Part shown: in pieces, positions 37,003 through 46,166 of the stretch
Position numbering within the stretch: the stretch's first letter is position 1
How the letters are laid out: the number at the start of each line of letters is the position of its first letter
DNA from: a virus
Taxonomy: Duplodnaviria; Caudoviricetes
IMG/VR virus record: IMGVR_UViG_3300049144_000149
Coordinates: 1-49,745 of that record
DNA length: 49,745 bases
Direction: 5' to 3' (one strand)
Notes under the pieces: model-generated
Databases searched by the model: none
Seen by the model: only the letters and a program-made list of their open reading frames with translations
What the model was told of the DNA's origin: nothing
Made by a program: the position numbers and the translations under genes

Positions 37003-37768
37003 GGTTCGCCTCCGTCATCTCACGTAGACCGGCCAGAATACCCTTCCCGGGGTTGGTTAAGATTTGCTCTTTGCGCGCCTGCTCTTCGGGAGTTTCTGGC
37101 CGACGCTTCAGCGAGCCAGGGCCGCGATCTTCAGGGCTGACGCTGGTAGCGATGCCTTCGATGACCTGCTCCAGCTGACGCCGACGCGCATGCATCTCGG
37201 CCTCAGACGGTGGCTGATAGCTCACCGCGTCGAGAACCATTTGCAGGCCGATCCTCTGGCCCATGGCTGCCATCACCAGGTTCTTGGCGCAGTCGTGCAG
37301 AACGCGCTCAGGCGGCGGGAAGGATGCGTCGTACTCACGACCGATCTCGCCCTTCAGCCACCGGGCATAGGCTTCGCGAACGGCCCGTGCCGGGAAGTCT
37401 CGCAGCACGATCCTATAGCCCTCTGACCGGGCGCGGATCATGTCGTCATCCTGGCGCGCCGTGGCGTAGCGAATGATGATCGCGCCGATCGTGGCGTCGA
37501 TCTCCTTCGCGGGCCCCGGCTGGGCCATCAGGTCGAGCTCTGCGACCCTACGCTCGATAAACGCCCGCTGTGTCTGGCTCGGCATCGAGGAAACGGGAAG
37601 GGTTACGACCTTCCGACCATGTGGGCCGATCCGATACGCGTCGTTCTTCCGAAGATCCATGCAGGTCTGGTTCAGGCTCGTAGCCCATGATGGCAGCGAC
37701 TCTAGCCGCGGTGCCCGAAGATCGATCGGCGGAATGGGTTCGACCGTTGCGATTGCCTTGCTGGTCAT
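36986..37768 (-). CDS. Replication-region protein (helicase-loader position)
   Basis: GAGGAG RBS; L.DFP..AV..A...W...FPP motif. Confidence 0.7.
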   Translation of the reverse strand: MTSKAIATVEPIPPIDLRAPRLESLPSWATSLNQTCMDLRKNDAYRIGPHGRKVVTLPVSSMPSQTQRAFIERRVAELDLMAQPGPAKEIDATIGAIIIRYATARQDDDMIRARSEGYRIVLRDFPARAVREAYARWLKGEIGREYDASFPPPERVLHDCAKNLVMAAMGQRIGLQMVLDAVSYQPPSEAEMHARRRQLEQVIEGIATSVSPEDRGPGSLKRRPETPEEQARKEQILTNPGKGILAGLREMTEANHAAVE

Positions 37769-38309
37769 TCTGGGCTCCTCGGGAGTTGAGCATCACGCTC
37801 CGGGCATAGCTGAAGGGGTCGCGGGTTCCGGCGAGCAGGGCGGCGTCGATGCCCTGCTTCACGACATCGGGCGGATGGTCTTTCAGCGCCTTGCCGATCC
37901 ACTTGCCGACAGCGGGTTCCGATTTGCCCGACAGGTCAGCCAGGGCAGCTTTCGAATTCCAGATTTGGTCGTTGATCGAAACTTCAGCCGGGTCGCTGAC
38001 GCCAGGCAGCGCCGATGCGTCAGCATCGGAACTGGGGGAGGTAGGAGGGGGGTTAGAGTTATTATCATTGGGGGGAACCTGGGAGGGGATGTCGTTGCGA
38101 CTGTCGCCACCATGTCGCGCGACTGTCGCGCGACTGTCGCTTCCCTCTTCATCCCTCTTCGCCCGCTCTTTTGCCTTCTGAGCGGCACGCTTCGCACGGC
38201 GCTCAGCATCCTTCTTCTGCTCGGCCTCGATAGCCTCGACAGCAAGCTCAATAGCCTCCGGAGGTGCGCCGAGTTCGCGCATGCGACGCATCAGTTCAAC
38301 GATGCTCAT
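37548..38309 (-). CDS. Putative replication initiator
   Basis: Charged helix, iteron-containing linker, C-terminal IGKALK...RDPFSY domain. Confidence 0.7.
   Translation of the reverse strand: MSIVELMRRMRELGAPPEAIELAVEAIEAEQKKDAERRAKRAAQKAKERAKRDEEGSDSRATVARHGGDSRNDIPSQVPPNDNNSNPPPTSPSSDADASALPGVSDPAEVSINDQIWNSKAALADLSGKSEPAVGKWIGKALKDHPPDVVKQGIDAALLAGTRDPFSYARSVMLNSRGAQNDQQGNRNGRTHSADRSSGTAARVAAIMGYEPEPDLHGSSEERRVSDRPTWSEGRNPSRFLDAEPDTAGVYRA
38088..38140. repeat. Iteron-like repeats (putative ori)
   Basis: GCGACTGTCGC x3 plus degenerate TGTCG copies, within the initiator gene. Confidence 0.55.
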
Positions 38310-38566
38310 GCTGCACCTTGCTTGTTCAGAGCGGCGATGGCCTTGGCTTCGATCTCGTCGAGCCACGTTCGGACCCGAGCACTTCCGAACGCCTCTTCAG
38401 CCGTGGCAAGCTTCTTGACGCTCTCGGAGGCCGCTAGGCGGGCTTCCACATAGTCAGGGTACTTGCTGGCCTTCTCCTCGCGAACACTGGCGAAGTAGAA
38501 ATAGCCCTCAAGAGCATGCTCTTTGCAGATTTTGAGGGCGTCGGCTTGGCGGCGGAACTTGATCAT
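38306..38566 (-). CDS. Hypothetical protein
   Basis: Coupled on both sides (ATGA). Confidence 0.65.
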   Translation of the reverse strand: MIKFRRQADALKICKEHALEGYFYFASVREEKASKYPDYVEARLAASESVKKLATAEEAFGSARVRTWLDEIEAKAIAALNKQGAA

Positions 38567-39672
38567 TCGGCAGCCTCCAAAACAGAGGTCGTGCCGAAGA
38601 TCCGTCGCTCAGCAATGGCAGCATATTCCGGGTTCAGTTCGATGAGGATGCAGTCGAGCCCGAGCTCCTGAGCAACGAGACCAACTGTGCCGGCGCCGCC
38701 GAACGGGTCTAGGACTCTCCCAGGCGTCCGCCCGAAGACAGAGCAGAGACCGCCGCAATCCTCGATCGAGCCGCAGGCTGCGCAGGTCGTCTGGGGGACT
38801 CCAGCCTTGATGCACCGTTCAGCCAGCGCCGGCGGGAATGTAGCGAAGTGCGCCTCTCGGAATCCCCTGGGGGCGATCGACCAGACGTTCCTTGCGTTCC
38901 GGGTCTCGACCAGATCACCCGTCGATGCATGGAAGGACTCTTTCGCCTTCACAAAGCGATTGCTGTCCGCCGCCGACTTCGGCGTGACGGCTGGCTTCCT
39001 CGATCGAGGAACGCGATCAACGTTCTGGCGGCTGTTGGGCCCTGGCTTACGGGCATGGGCGCCGCCTGTTACCGGCTCGCGGATGGCCTCATGGTTGTAG
39101 TAATACTCCTCGCCCTTCGTGAGCAGCCAGATCTTCTCGTGGGCATTGGTCGGCCGGTCGTAGACGGACTCGGGCATCGGGTTCGGCTTATGCCAAATGA
39201 TCTCCGAGCGGACATACCAGCGGTCCTCCTGCAGGGCGATTGCGAGCCGGTTCGGGATCATGCAGAGGTCCTTCGGCTTCAGCACGCCGCCCCTACGGTC
39301 GTGATGCTGCCCTTCGCCCCCATTGTTCCGGTACTGGATTGGTCCGACCGTAGAAAATGGCTTGTCGCGAAAGGTCCTGTTGTCGCCCACGACGTCCGCC
39401 GCGGCGCGACCGTTCGGGCTCGTCGCGAAGCAATCGCCGTAGTTGAGCCACAGAGTTCCGTGAGGCTTCAGGACACGCCAGACCTCCCGGAAGACATCGA
39501 CCATGACGGCTAGGTGCTCGCCGAGAGTCGGTTCCAACCCGATTTGTCCTTCAACACCATAGTCGCGAAGACCCCAATACGGCGGGCTCGTCACAACACA
39601 ATCGAAGTGGGCGTCTGGTAAGGTGCGGAGTTGATCGCGCACGTCCCCGATGAGGATCTGCACAGCCATCAC
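38563..39672 (-). CDS. DNA methyltransferase (beta class, N4-C/N6-A)
   Basis: TSPPY motif IV, HFATFP, DPFGGAGT motif I; no cognate restriction enzyme seen. Confidence 0.93.
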   Translation of the reverse strand: MMAVQILIGDVRDQLRTLPDAHFDCVVTSPPYWGLRDYGVEGQIGLEPTLGEHLAVMVDVFREVWRVLKPHGTLWLNYGDCFATSPNGRAAADVVGDNRTFRDKPFSTVGPIQYRNNGGEGQHHDRRGGVLKPKDLCMIPNRLAIALQEDRWYVRSEIIWHKPNPMPESVYDRPTNAHEKIWLLTKGEEYYYNHEAIREPVTGGAHARKPGPNSRQNVDRVPRSRKPAVTPKSAADSNRFVKAKESFHASTGDLVETRNARNVWSIAPRGFREAHFATFPPALAERCIKAGVPQTTCAACGSIEDCGGLCSVFGRTPGRVLDPFGGAGTVGLVAQELGLDCILIELNPEYAAIAERRIFGTTSVLEAAE

Positions 39673-40124
39673 CGAACCTCACTGAACTTGATGCGGAGGC
39701 AGCCCCAGTCATTCAGGACGACAACAGCGTCCTTGAAAGTGTCGACGACGGCGTGGGGGATGCCATGGGAGCGGCACCAGGCGGCAAACTCGTCTTGGTT
39801 GTCGTTCAGATCCTCCCCTGCCCGCTTCAGTTCCAGCGCGTGAAACAAGCCCTGCGGAGAGACGATCTGGAAATCAGGCCAGCCGGCTTTGAGGCCCATC
39901 CGCTTGAGCTTGGCGCCGGTCTTATCATCCCTGAGCTCGCCAGCCGGAAAGTGCGTGTAGCGCCAGTCCGCGTGGCAGTAGTCCTTGAGGAACTTCGCGA
40001 CAGAAAACTGCAGCTTGAGTTCCTTCGGGCTCGGCAGGCGCTCACGGCTGATGACCTCGCCGGTCCACAGCGGCAGCTTGGGATTTCTCTTATGCGTACG
40101 CGTGCACGCACGAGGGGCTGTCAT
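39669..40124 (-). CDS. VRR-NUC domain nuclease
   Basis: MGLKAGWPD...LELK...L..NQ. Confidence 0.85.
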   Translation of the reverse strand: MTAPRACTRTHKRNPKLPLWTGEVISRERLPSPKELKLQFSVAKFLKDYCHADWRYTHFPAGELRDDKTGAKLKRMGLKAGWPDFQIVSPQGLFHALELKRAGEDLNDNQDEFAAWCRSHGIPHAVVDTFKDAVVVLNDWGCLRIKFSEVR

Positions 40125-40381
40125 CAGACCACCCCCAGCGCGGTCATATACATCTCTAGGATTGCGTCTTCTTCCTGCCGCTCTGCGTAGTCCTTACGGC
40201 GCAGGGCGACGACCTTGCGCAGGACCTTCACATCGAAGCCATTCATCTTGGCTTCCTTGTAAATGTCGGACTTGTCGCCGTTCAGGCCTTTGATTTCCTC
40301 CTCGATGCGCTCAATGCGCTCGACAAAGGAACGGAGTTGATCGGCAGCGACGGACTCGGTGTTGAAGGCTTGATCATCCAT
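40124..40381 (-). CDS. GapR-like (DUF2312) DNA-binding protein
   Basis: [15 protein letters not shown]...[21 protein letters not shown]...Y..ALG. Confidence 0.9.
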   Translation of the reverse strand: MDDQAFNTESVAADQLRSFVERIERIEEEIKGLNGDKSDIYKEAKMNGFDVKVLRKVVALRRKDYAERQEEDAILEMYMTALGVV

Positions 40382-40878
40382 TACGCAGCACTCCCACGAA
40401 TAGGAGTGACCGTGGCGGGTTTCAGATCGTTGCGAAGCTCGGCAAGCTCCTTCTCCTCCTCAGCGGCAGCAGCATCGATGGCTTGCTTCTCGCGAGGATC
40501 AATCCGACCGTCTGCCAGTGCGTCCGCAATTGCGGTCGAGAGCTTCGCCTGTGCTCTGGTCGTATCCGCAAGGTGACGGATCAGGTCATCGCCTTCAGCT
40601 TCGGCGCTCTCACGAGGCACAAGCTTGAACCCGGCGAGATCCGCCAGAGCTTGGAGCGTCTCAGGAGTGCCGCCACGGCGAACGATCTCCATCGTGATGT
40701 CCAAGAGCACATCGGCCGGCACATGCGTGGTGATGTTCTGGTCCGAGATGGACGAGTAGCGGGAGATGAGCGCCTGCCCTACCCGGCTCCTACTGGCTGC
40801 GACAACGACACCACCGAGACGGTCAACATCAGCGTCAAAGGCGGCTTTGATGGAGGTATACGGGTTCCGGGTGTTCAT
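40381..40878 (-). CDS. CII-like phage regulatory protein
   Basis: After cro; [12 protein letters not shown]-terminal motif. Confidence 0.7.
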   Translation of the reverse strand: MNTRNPYTSIKAAFDADVDRLGGVVVAASRSRVGQALISRYSSISDQNITTHVPADVLLDITMEIVRRGGTPETLQALADLAGFKLVPRESAEAEGDDLIRHLADTTRAQAKLSTAIADALADGRIDPREKQAIDAAAAEEEKELAELRNDLKPATVTPIRGSAA

Positions 40879-41151
40879 GGAACGTTTGCCTATTGATTTG
40901 AGATGATGTTCCCGCCCAGGCGGGGCATAACCAGAGCCGTGGAAGCGGGGGCTGAAACGAAAGCGCGGGCGGCCAAGGGACTGGCGGTTGAGCCGCCCGC
41001 GCTCTTCTCATCGGCGGCAGACACCAGGGAGGCCCCGATGGAAGGAGATTGCAGCGACGGCATCAGCGAGCCCTCATCAGGAGGACGTAGCCGTCATGGG
41101 TGAGAGCCCAGAGATGGCCCTGCGCGCAGAGCCGGTATCGGGCCCGGCGCA

Positions 41152-41367
41152 TCAGGCAGCCTCGCCGGTCTGAACCAAGACTTCGTCCATGAAATCGCGA
41201 GGGCGAACCTTGCCGCCCGTCGCCTTCTCAATCTGAAGTAGCTTGGCAAGGTGCGGCTTGCGCTTGCCGCTCGCGTACCGGGAGACAGCGGCTTGGGTGG
41301 CGCCGATCCTTCGCGCGAACTGCGCGTGAGTCAGGCCAGCTTGGGAAAGGTATTGAGAGAGCTTCAT
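41152..41367 (-). CDS. cro: Cro-like HTH regulator
   Basis: LTHAQFARRIGATQAAVSRY..G.R.P...IEKATGGKV; divergent from cI. Confidence 0.85.
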   Translation of the reverse strand: MKLSQYLSQAGLTHAQFARRIGATQAAVSRYASGKRKPHLAKLLQIEKATGGKVRPRDFMDEVLVQTGEAA

Positions 41368-41377
41368 GCAGATCTAT

Positions 41378-41463
41378 ATACCAAATTGGCATAACGACGG
41401 CAAGCCCAAAAATACCATTTTGGTTTTAGACGGATACGGCCCGTTAAGTTACCAAAATGGTAT
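41378..41463. promoter_or_regulatory. Three repressor operators (OR-like)
   Basis: ATACCAAATTGGCAT (41378), ATACCATTTTGGTTT (41412), TTACCAAAATGGTAT (41449). Confidence 0.75.
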
Positions 41464-42025
41464 GACGTGGCTCAGATCCCTCAGAACGAAGAACAATCTC
41501 TCGCAGGCGCAGCTTGCTGAGATGGCTGGGACATCTCAGCCGCAGATCAAGCGACTTGAGGACGGCGAGCGAAAGCTCACCAAGGAGTGGGCTGAGCGCC
41601 TTGCACCCCATCTGAATGTGACTGCTGAGGAACTTCTTTTCCCGCGCCGCACAGTCCCGCTCGTCGGGTACGTAGGCGCCGGCTCGCTGGCCCATTACTT
41701 CGGTGAAGGCGACGGAAACCTCGGGGAGGTCGAAGCCCCAGATAATGCGACCGAGAAGACTGTAGGGGTGGAGATCCGTGGCGAGTCGCTAGGGGTCATG
41801 CTCGACGGTTGGGTCGCCTACTACGACGAAGTTCGAGAGGCCCCGACCCCTGACATGATAGGGAAGCTCTGCGTCGTGGGTCTCTATGACGGCCGGGTAT
41901 TGATCAAGAAGCTCGAGAAGGGCCAGCTTCCCAAGCACTACAACCTGCTGTCCCAAGACCCGCCGATTTATGACGCAGAGGTGGTGTGGGCAGCCGTCGT
42001 CAAAGCGATGATGCCCAGGAACTAG
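41462..42025 (+). CDS. cI: CI-like repressor (XRE HTH plus S24 peptidase)
   Basis: LSQAQLAEMAGTSQPQI; VGAG cleavage site; GES serine and IKKL lysine. Confidence 0.9.
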   Translation: MTWLRSLRTKNNLSQAQLAEMAGTSQPQIKRLEDGERKLTKEWAERLAPHLNVTAEELLFPRRTVPLVGYVGAGSLAHYFGEGDGNLGEVEAPDNATEKTVGVEIRGESLGVMLDGWVAYYDEVREAPTPDMIGKLCVVGLYDGRVLIKKLEKGQLPKHYNLLSQDPPIYDAEVVWAAVVKAMMPRN

Positions 42026-42099
42026 CCTCACGTGCGTGCAGGGTGGCAGCGATACTAGAAGCTTAGCCAACACAATCAGACAGCCTTTGGGAGAACCAG

Positions 42100-42399
42100 G
42101 TGAAAATTGAAGCTCCTCCTAGAGAGGTACTCGAACGCTGGGCCGAGAAAGGCGATGGCAAAATAGAATTGAACCTCAGCCGAGATGACTGGGATAATTT
42201 TCTTATGGCCCTACTTCGGCAGCAAGGTATTAACATCCAAATTGCTACGTTATTGGCGAAAATAGCTCGTCATTTGGGCGAACCAGAATTGAGATCTGAG
42301 ATCCTAGAGATGGGGGAAGAAGCCAAGGAGTCCGCCGACCGGATCAGTCAGTTCATCAATGCGGTGATGTCAAAGGCCGAGGCCGCGAACCATGAGTGA
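42100..42399 (+). CDS. Hypothetical protein downstream of cI
   Basis: GGGAG RBS, GTG start. Confidence 0.65.
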   Translation: MKIEAPPREVLERWAEKGDGKIELNLSRDDWDNFLMALLRQQGINIQIATLLAKIARHLGEPELRSEILEMGEEAKESADRISQFINAVMSKAEAANHE

Positions 42400-42853
42400 A
42401 ACTGCGCCAACCAATATCAGCGACTATCATCGTGCCTTTCAGCGTCTGAAGGAACAAGAGCGGCACCAGGACTTGTCTACCGGGGGCGGAAGCGGCACAT
42501 ATGATGGCATGGACCGTGTATGGGCAAAGCTGGAAGAGCACGATCGTCGGTTCGGGCAGATCGAGGGCAAGCTTGATCGTGTTGAAACTGATGTTTCGCA
42601 GCTGAAATTCTGGGTTGTTGGCACAGCGGCGGCCTCGTTCCTTGGCATGGCCGCACTCGTTTATTCGGTTGGATCGTTCATGGGCGGCACCATGAGCACA
42701 GCGCTCTCGGCGATCCAGACTGTTCTGGCTGCTAGGCCAGCCGAACCTCCTGCGACGCCGCAGCAGCCAAGCATTATCGTAGTGCCGTTCCCGGGTGCCA
42801 CGGCACCGCCGCCGATCCAGTCGCCTGCGCCTACCAACCCGCCCCGGCCATAA
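42392..42853 (+). CDS. Coiled-coil plus TM protein with Pro-rich tail
   Basis: GGGSGTYDGM-coiled coil-KFWVVG TM. Confidence 0.75.
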   Translation: MSETAPTNISDYHRAFQRLKEQERHQDLSTGGGSGTYDGMDRVWAKLEEHDRRFGQIEGKLDRVETDVSQLKFWVVGTAAASFLGMAALVYSVGSFMGGTMSTALSAIQTVLAARPAEPPATPQQPSIIVVPFPGATAPPPIQSPAPTNPPRP

Positions 42854-42869
42854 GCCGGGGTTTTTGTTT
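42842..42869 (+). terminator. Intrinsic terminator ending the cI operon
   Basis: CCCCGGC-CATAA-GCCGGGG-TTTTTGTTT. Confidence 0.8.
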
Positions 42870-43026
42870 GGCCAAGCTGAAACCACAAAAGGGGAGAGGA
42901 ATTGAGTCCACCGGAAGCCAGTTGTCCTCGCGTGGCTTCTAGGACCGGGGGGCCTCCTCATCTACCTTGGCAACGGCGGGTGAGGAGGCCTTTCTCGGAC
43001 CATTGGCCAAGGCGGAGCAGGGCTGG

Positions 43027-43254
43027 ATGCCTCGCTACTTCTTCCATATACATGACGGCGAAGAGAGCATGGACGAGGACGGCACCGCCCTCTCCGATGA
43101 TGATGCAGCCCGTTCCCACGCCATCGTGATGGCCGGCCAAATGCTTCGGGACGCCGGCCTGAAGTTCTGGGACGGTAACGAATGGCGGCTCTGGGTGACG
43201 GACGAGAGTGGCGACGTGGTGTGTAGCCTCAAATTCACGGCGGAGTGCCGCTAA
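43027..43254 (+). CDS. DUF6894-like small protein
   Basis: MPRYFFHIHDG...DEDG..L.....AR..A...VTDESG. Confidence 0.8.
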   Translation: MPRYFFHIHDGEESMDEDGTALSDDDAARSHAIVMAGQMLRDAGLKFWDGNEWRLWVTDESGDVVCSLKFTAECR

Positions 43255-43529
43255 GCGTCGGCCGGTTCGATCACAATAGCAGCCAGCTCTCCATGGGTGA
43301 CCCACTTGGGCCGCCAGCCTTCCAGCTCTAGGGCCCGCATAGCTATGTCTTCTGGCGTCCGCTTTCCCTCACGAACCGCATCCCTGATACGCAGGGCGTA
43401 GATGGCATCCTCAAGGAAGGTCAGCTTTTTACCAGCGTCACGAAAAGCTCCGTTGATCCAGAACATCGCGATCTGCTCGGGCTGAAGTTTGATTTCGGTC
43501 ACTGCGTACGGGTGTGCGCTCTCATCCAT
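43251..43529 (-). CDS. Hypothetical protein
   Basis: GGAGAGGG RBS; 92 aa. Confidence 0.6.
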   Translation of the reverse strand: MDESAHPYAVTEIKLQPEQIAMFWINGAFRDAGKKLTFLEDAIYALRIRDAVREGKRTPEDIAMRALELEGWRPKWVTHGELAAIVIEPADA

Positions 43530-43543
43530 GGCCTATCCCTCTC

Positions 43544-43783
43544 CTATTCAACGACACTCGGCACCTGGCCGAACTTGGCTAGTATCTTCGCGTCCTCGTA
43601 CTCCCCCAGATCCGGGTTGCCCGACCTCGAAAAGACGATCACTCCCGCCTTCATCTCTGCGAGCCTCTTGCCCATACGGACGGCTTCCGCCTTTCCACGA
43701 GCCTCGATTGCCTCTTCAGCAAGCAGCCCGCGGGGCGCCTCCACAAAGGGCAGAACGACGTAGTAGGTCAGACGCAAGATCAA
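43544..43783 (-). CDS. Conserved hypothetical protein, probably SOS-induced
   Basis: YYVVLPF...GVIVFSRSGNPDLGEY...ILAKFG.VP; GGGAGG RBS. Confidence 0.75.
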   Translation of the reverse strand: MILRLTYYVVLPFVEAPRGLLAEEAIEARGKAEAVRMGKRLAEMKAGVIVFSRSGNPDLGEYEDAKILAKFGQVPSVVE

Positions 43784-43813
43784 TCACCTCCCTGACTGAT
43801 TACCTCTTTATGA

Positions 43814-43828
43814 GAACAAATGCGGAAC
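43814..43828 (-). promoter_or_regulatory. LexA (SOS) box
   Basis: GAAC-AAATGCG-GAAC (GTTC-N7-GTTC on - strand). Confidence 0.7.
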
Positions 43829-43907
43829 ATATGAGTCAATCCGCCACGGCTAATCTGCGTCTGTGGATATCTAGGAAAACTCCCTTATCAGGAGGGGGGC
43901 TAAATTA

Positions 43908-43949
43908 ATTCCATTTTGGTATTTACATGCGATACCGATTTGGTATGGT
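43908..43949 (+). promoter_or_regulatory. Two operators overlapping the early promoter (OL/PL-like)
   Basis: ATTCCATTTTGGTAT (43908) and ATACCGATTTGGTAT (43932) around TTTACA...TATGGT. Confidence 0.72.
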
Positions 43950-43981
43950 GAGATCATCCAACGCCAATCGGATGACCCTTC

Positions 43982-44083
43982 ATGCCCCTCCTCAGATCCC
44001 TTCTCTCAGATGCGTTTGAGTTAGCCTGCCTCGGCGTGTTTGCTGTGGCTGTCGCCCTCTGGTCGATGATCGGAGGGACTTGA
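43982..44083 (+). CDS. Small hydrophobic protein (33 aa)
   Basis: MPLLRSLLSDAFELACLGVFAVAVALWSMIGGT; first ORF after PL. Confidence 0.45.
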   Translation: MPLLRSLLSDAFELACLGVFAVAVALWSMIGGT

Positions 44084-44084
44084 G

Positions 44085-44321
44085 ATGGCAGACCAAGCCA
44101 ATCAGCAGATAGGGCCGAGACCCTTGAAGCTCTCCTGTAAGGGCTGCCCTTCGCACGACACCGAATACTGGGAGGAGCCATCCGGCGATGGTGAAACCTA
44201 CGACAACGGCACTCTAGCGACCTGCAAGTCGGCGAACGGGCGGGTAATCAGCACCTATAACGGCAGTCAGCCTTCAGTGCCTGATTGGTGTCCCGCTCTT
44301 GCGAAGACGGAGGCTGCGTGA
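44085..44321 (+). CDS. Cys-rich hypothetical protein
   Basis: CKGCP...C...PDWCP. Confidence 0.7.
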   Translation: MADQANQQIGPRPLKLSCKGCPSHDTEYWEEPSGDGETYDNGTLATCKSANGRVISTYNGSQPSVPDWCPALAKTEAA

Positions 44322-44518
44322 TGCGCCAGCGCTCCATCAACTTCTCCGCCGCCATGCGCGACATGCAGGCTTACCGCAGTCCTGAGCAAATGCTCATCCG
44401 CGAAATGCTGGATGTCCTGAAGACCGTCGAAAGCGACGTCCAGTGGCACGACGGCAGCCCGACGCTCCGCATGATCCGCAAAGTCATCGGCAAAGCAAAG
44501 AGGTACAGCCATGGGTGA
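44321..44518 (+). CDS. Hypothetical protein
   Basis: Coupled ORF. Confidence 0.6.
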   Translation: MRQRSINFSAAMRDMQAYRSPEQMLIREMLDVLKTVESDVQWHDGSPTLRMIRKVIGKAKRYSHG

Positions 44519-44759
44519 GGTCGTCCGCTTCCCTACTCCCCGCCTCCGTGTCGTCTGCTCTGAGATGAGTCAAGCGCAGGCAGACGCAGCTCAGATCGTC
44601 CTCTTCAAGACCATGGGCGTGCAGTGTCTCGATTGCCGTGACACCGGCTTGAAGGTTCTTCCGAGGAACCTGCGTCTCTCCCACCTCGAGGATTTCGACA
44701 TTCGGCCCTGCCCATGCGGTGCGGCTGAGGAAGATTTCGACTACGGAGGGGCTGCGTGA
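44511..44759 (+). CDS. Zn-finger hypothetical protein
   Basis: CLDCRDTG...CPC. Confidence 0.65.
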   Translation: MGEVVRFPTPRLRVVCSEMSQAQADAAQIVLFKTMGVQCLDCRDTGLKVLPRNLRLSHLEDFDIRPCPCGAAEEDFDYGGAA

Positions 44760-45130
44760 TGGTCGCCATCAACTTCTCCTCTCGCTTTGCCCCTCTGGTT
44801 GAGGATGGCACGAAGCGGCAGACGATCCGGCGCACGGCACGCTGCAAGGTCGGTGACCGTTTGCAGATCTACACCGGCCAGCGCACCGCGGATTGCCGGA
44901 AGCTCATCAACGCGGACCCGGTCTGCACCTTCGTGGGCTACGTCCACTTGCGCCCGGACGGCATCACGGTCGGCAACGTCAACAGCCATCCTCGGGACAT
45001 TGACGAGTTCGCCCGCGCCGATGGCTTCCGCGACTATGCCGACATGCATGCGTGGTTCGCTGAGACCTACGGCTCTCCGTTCTTCATCGGCTCTATGATC
45101 AAGTGGCACCGCGCGACGGAGGCCGCCTGA
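44756..45130 (+). CDS. ASCH domain protein
   Basis: F...V.DG.KRQTIR...GDRLQ.Y; ARADGF. Confidence 0.85.
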   Translation: MMVAINFSSRFAPLVEDGTKRQTIRRTARCKVGDRLQIYTGQRTADCRKLINADPVCTFVGYVHLRPDGITVGNVNSHPRDIDEFARADGFRDYADMHAWFAETYGSPFFIGSMIKWHRATEAA

Positions 45131-45397
45131 TGTCCTTCAAGCATCCCAAGTGCCGCGCCTTCTGTGATGCCGCTCAGACTTGGTTCCTTCTCGCTCTGTG
45201 CTGCGGACTGGTCGGCTTCATCATCTTCTCAGTCTGTCAGGCGGTGAAGCTGTGAAGCGGGCGACCGTCACCTTGCGCGGCCGCGGTCCAATCACCCGGT
45301 ACGCCGACCGTCTCAAGGCAAAGACCACTGCCAAACTCTCTCAGGAATGCGGATGGCAGAAGCCCCTCATCAAACTGCCCAAGGAAGGGAAGCAACA

Positions 45398-45655
45398 ATG
45401 AACATCCCATTCTGCGTCTGCCCCGCCAACGCCAGTGTCATTGCTGAGAACTTCGTCGGGCAGGCCCGCGAAGCCGCCAATGCCATGAGCCGGCCTATTG
45501 CCCGCCTACACGTCGGACGGGGCCAATACCGTCTGGACGCGATGTCTCTTGAAGACCTGCGAAGCGTTCGGCGCCTACTTACCGAAATGGGAGGCGAGAT
45601 CGACGGCATTCTCTCGGCCCAAGTCCCCGCCCCTATCCTCGTCGCTGCGGAGTGA
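45398..45655 (+). CDS. Hypothetical protein
   Basis: AGGGA RBS. Confidence 0.6.
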   Translation: MNIPFCVCPANASVIAENFVGQAREAANAMSRPIARLHVGRGQYRLDAMSLEDLRSVRRLLTEMGGEIDGILSAQVPAPILVAAE

Positions 45656-45659
45656 TCCG

Positions 45660-46166
45660 GTGAACGCCCAAGCCACATTCTCTCAAGAGATCGCCACCGC
45701 CGCCTTTGTCGTTCAGGCTCTGAAGGACGCCGGGATCACGCCAGATGACCCGGATTTTGAGCAGCTCGTAGAGTCCGAGTGCGATGCTCTGGAACGGCTT
45801 CGCCGGATGCTCCGCGCCGCACGCTGGGCCGAAGCTCAGTCCAAGTCCGTCAAGGAAATGGAAGCCGAAATGAAGGAGCGCCGCCAGCGCTTCGACAGCA
45901 AGGCGGAAACATTTCGCGCCATCGTCAAGCAGGCGATGCAGACGCTTGGTCTGGCGAAGATCGAGGCCCCGGATCTGACGGCTTCTCTCACCAACACCCG
46001 CCCCGGCGTGGTGATTGAAGATGAGGCGGCTATCCCCTCGCAGCTCTGCAAGGTCGTGCGCACCCCGGACAAGACCGCCATCAAAGCCGCCCTAGAGCAG
46101 GGTGAAGTTGTGCCAGGTGCGTCTCTTTCCGCCTCGTCTCAAACTCTGACCGTTCGGGTGCGCTGA
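45660..46166 (+). CDS. Siphovirus Gp157-family protein
   Basis: Coiled coil; IEDEAAIP...PDKTAIKAAL..G..VPGA.L. Confidence 0.85.
   Translation: MNAQATFSQEIATAAFVVQALKDAGITPDDPDFEQLVESECDALERLRRMLRAARWAEAQSKSVKEMEAEMKERRQRFDSKAETFRAIVKQAMQTLGLAKIEAPDLTASLTNTRPGVVIEDEAAIPSQLCKVVRTPDKTAIKAALEQGEVVPGASLSASSQTLTVRVR

Noticed and set aside
38563-39672. Restriction-modification system
   Set aside because: MTase is orphan; the neighbouring VRR-NUC is a typical phage nuclease
44305-45135. Recurrent GGAGGCTGCGTGATG-like motif at gene ends
   Set aside because: Explained by RBS plus stop/start coupling (EAA* endings)
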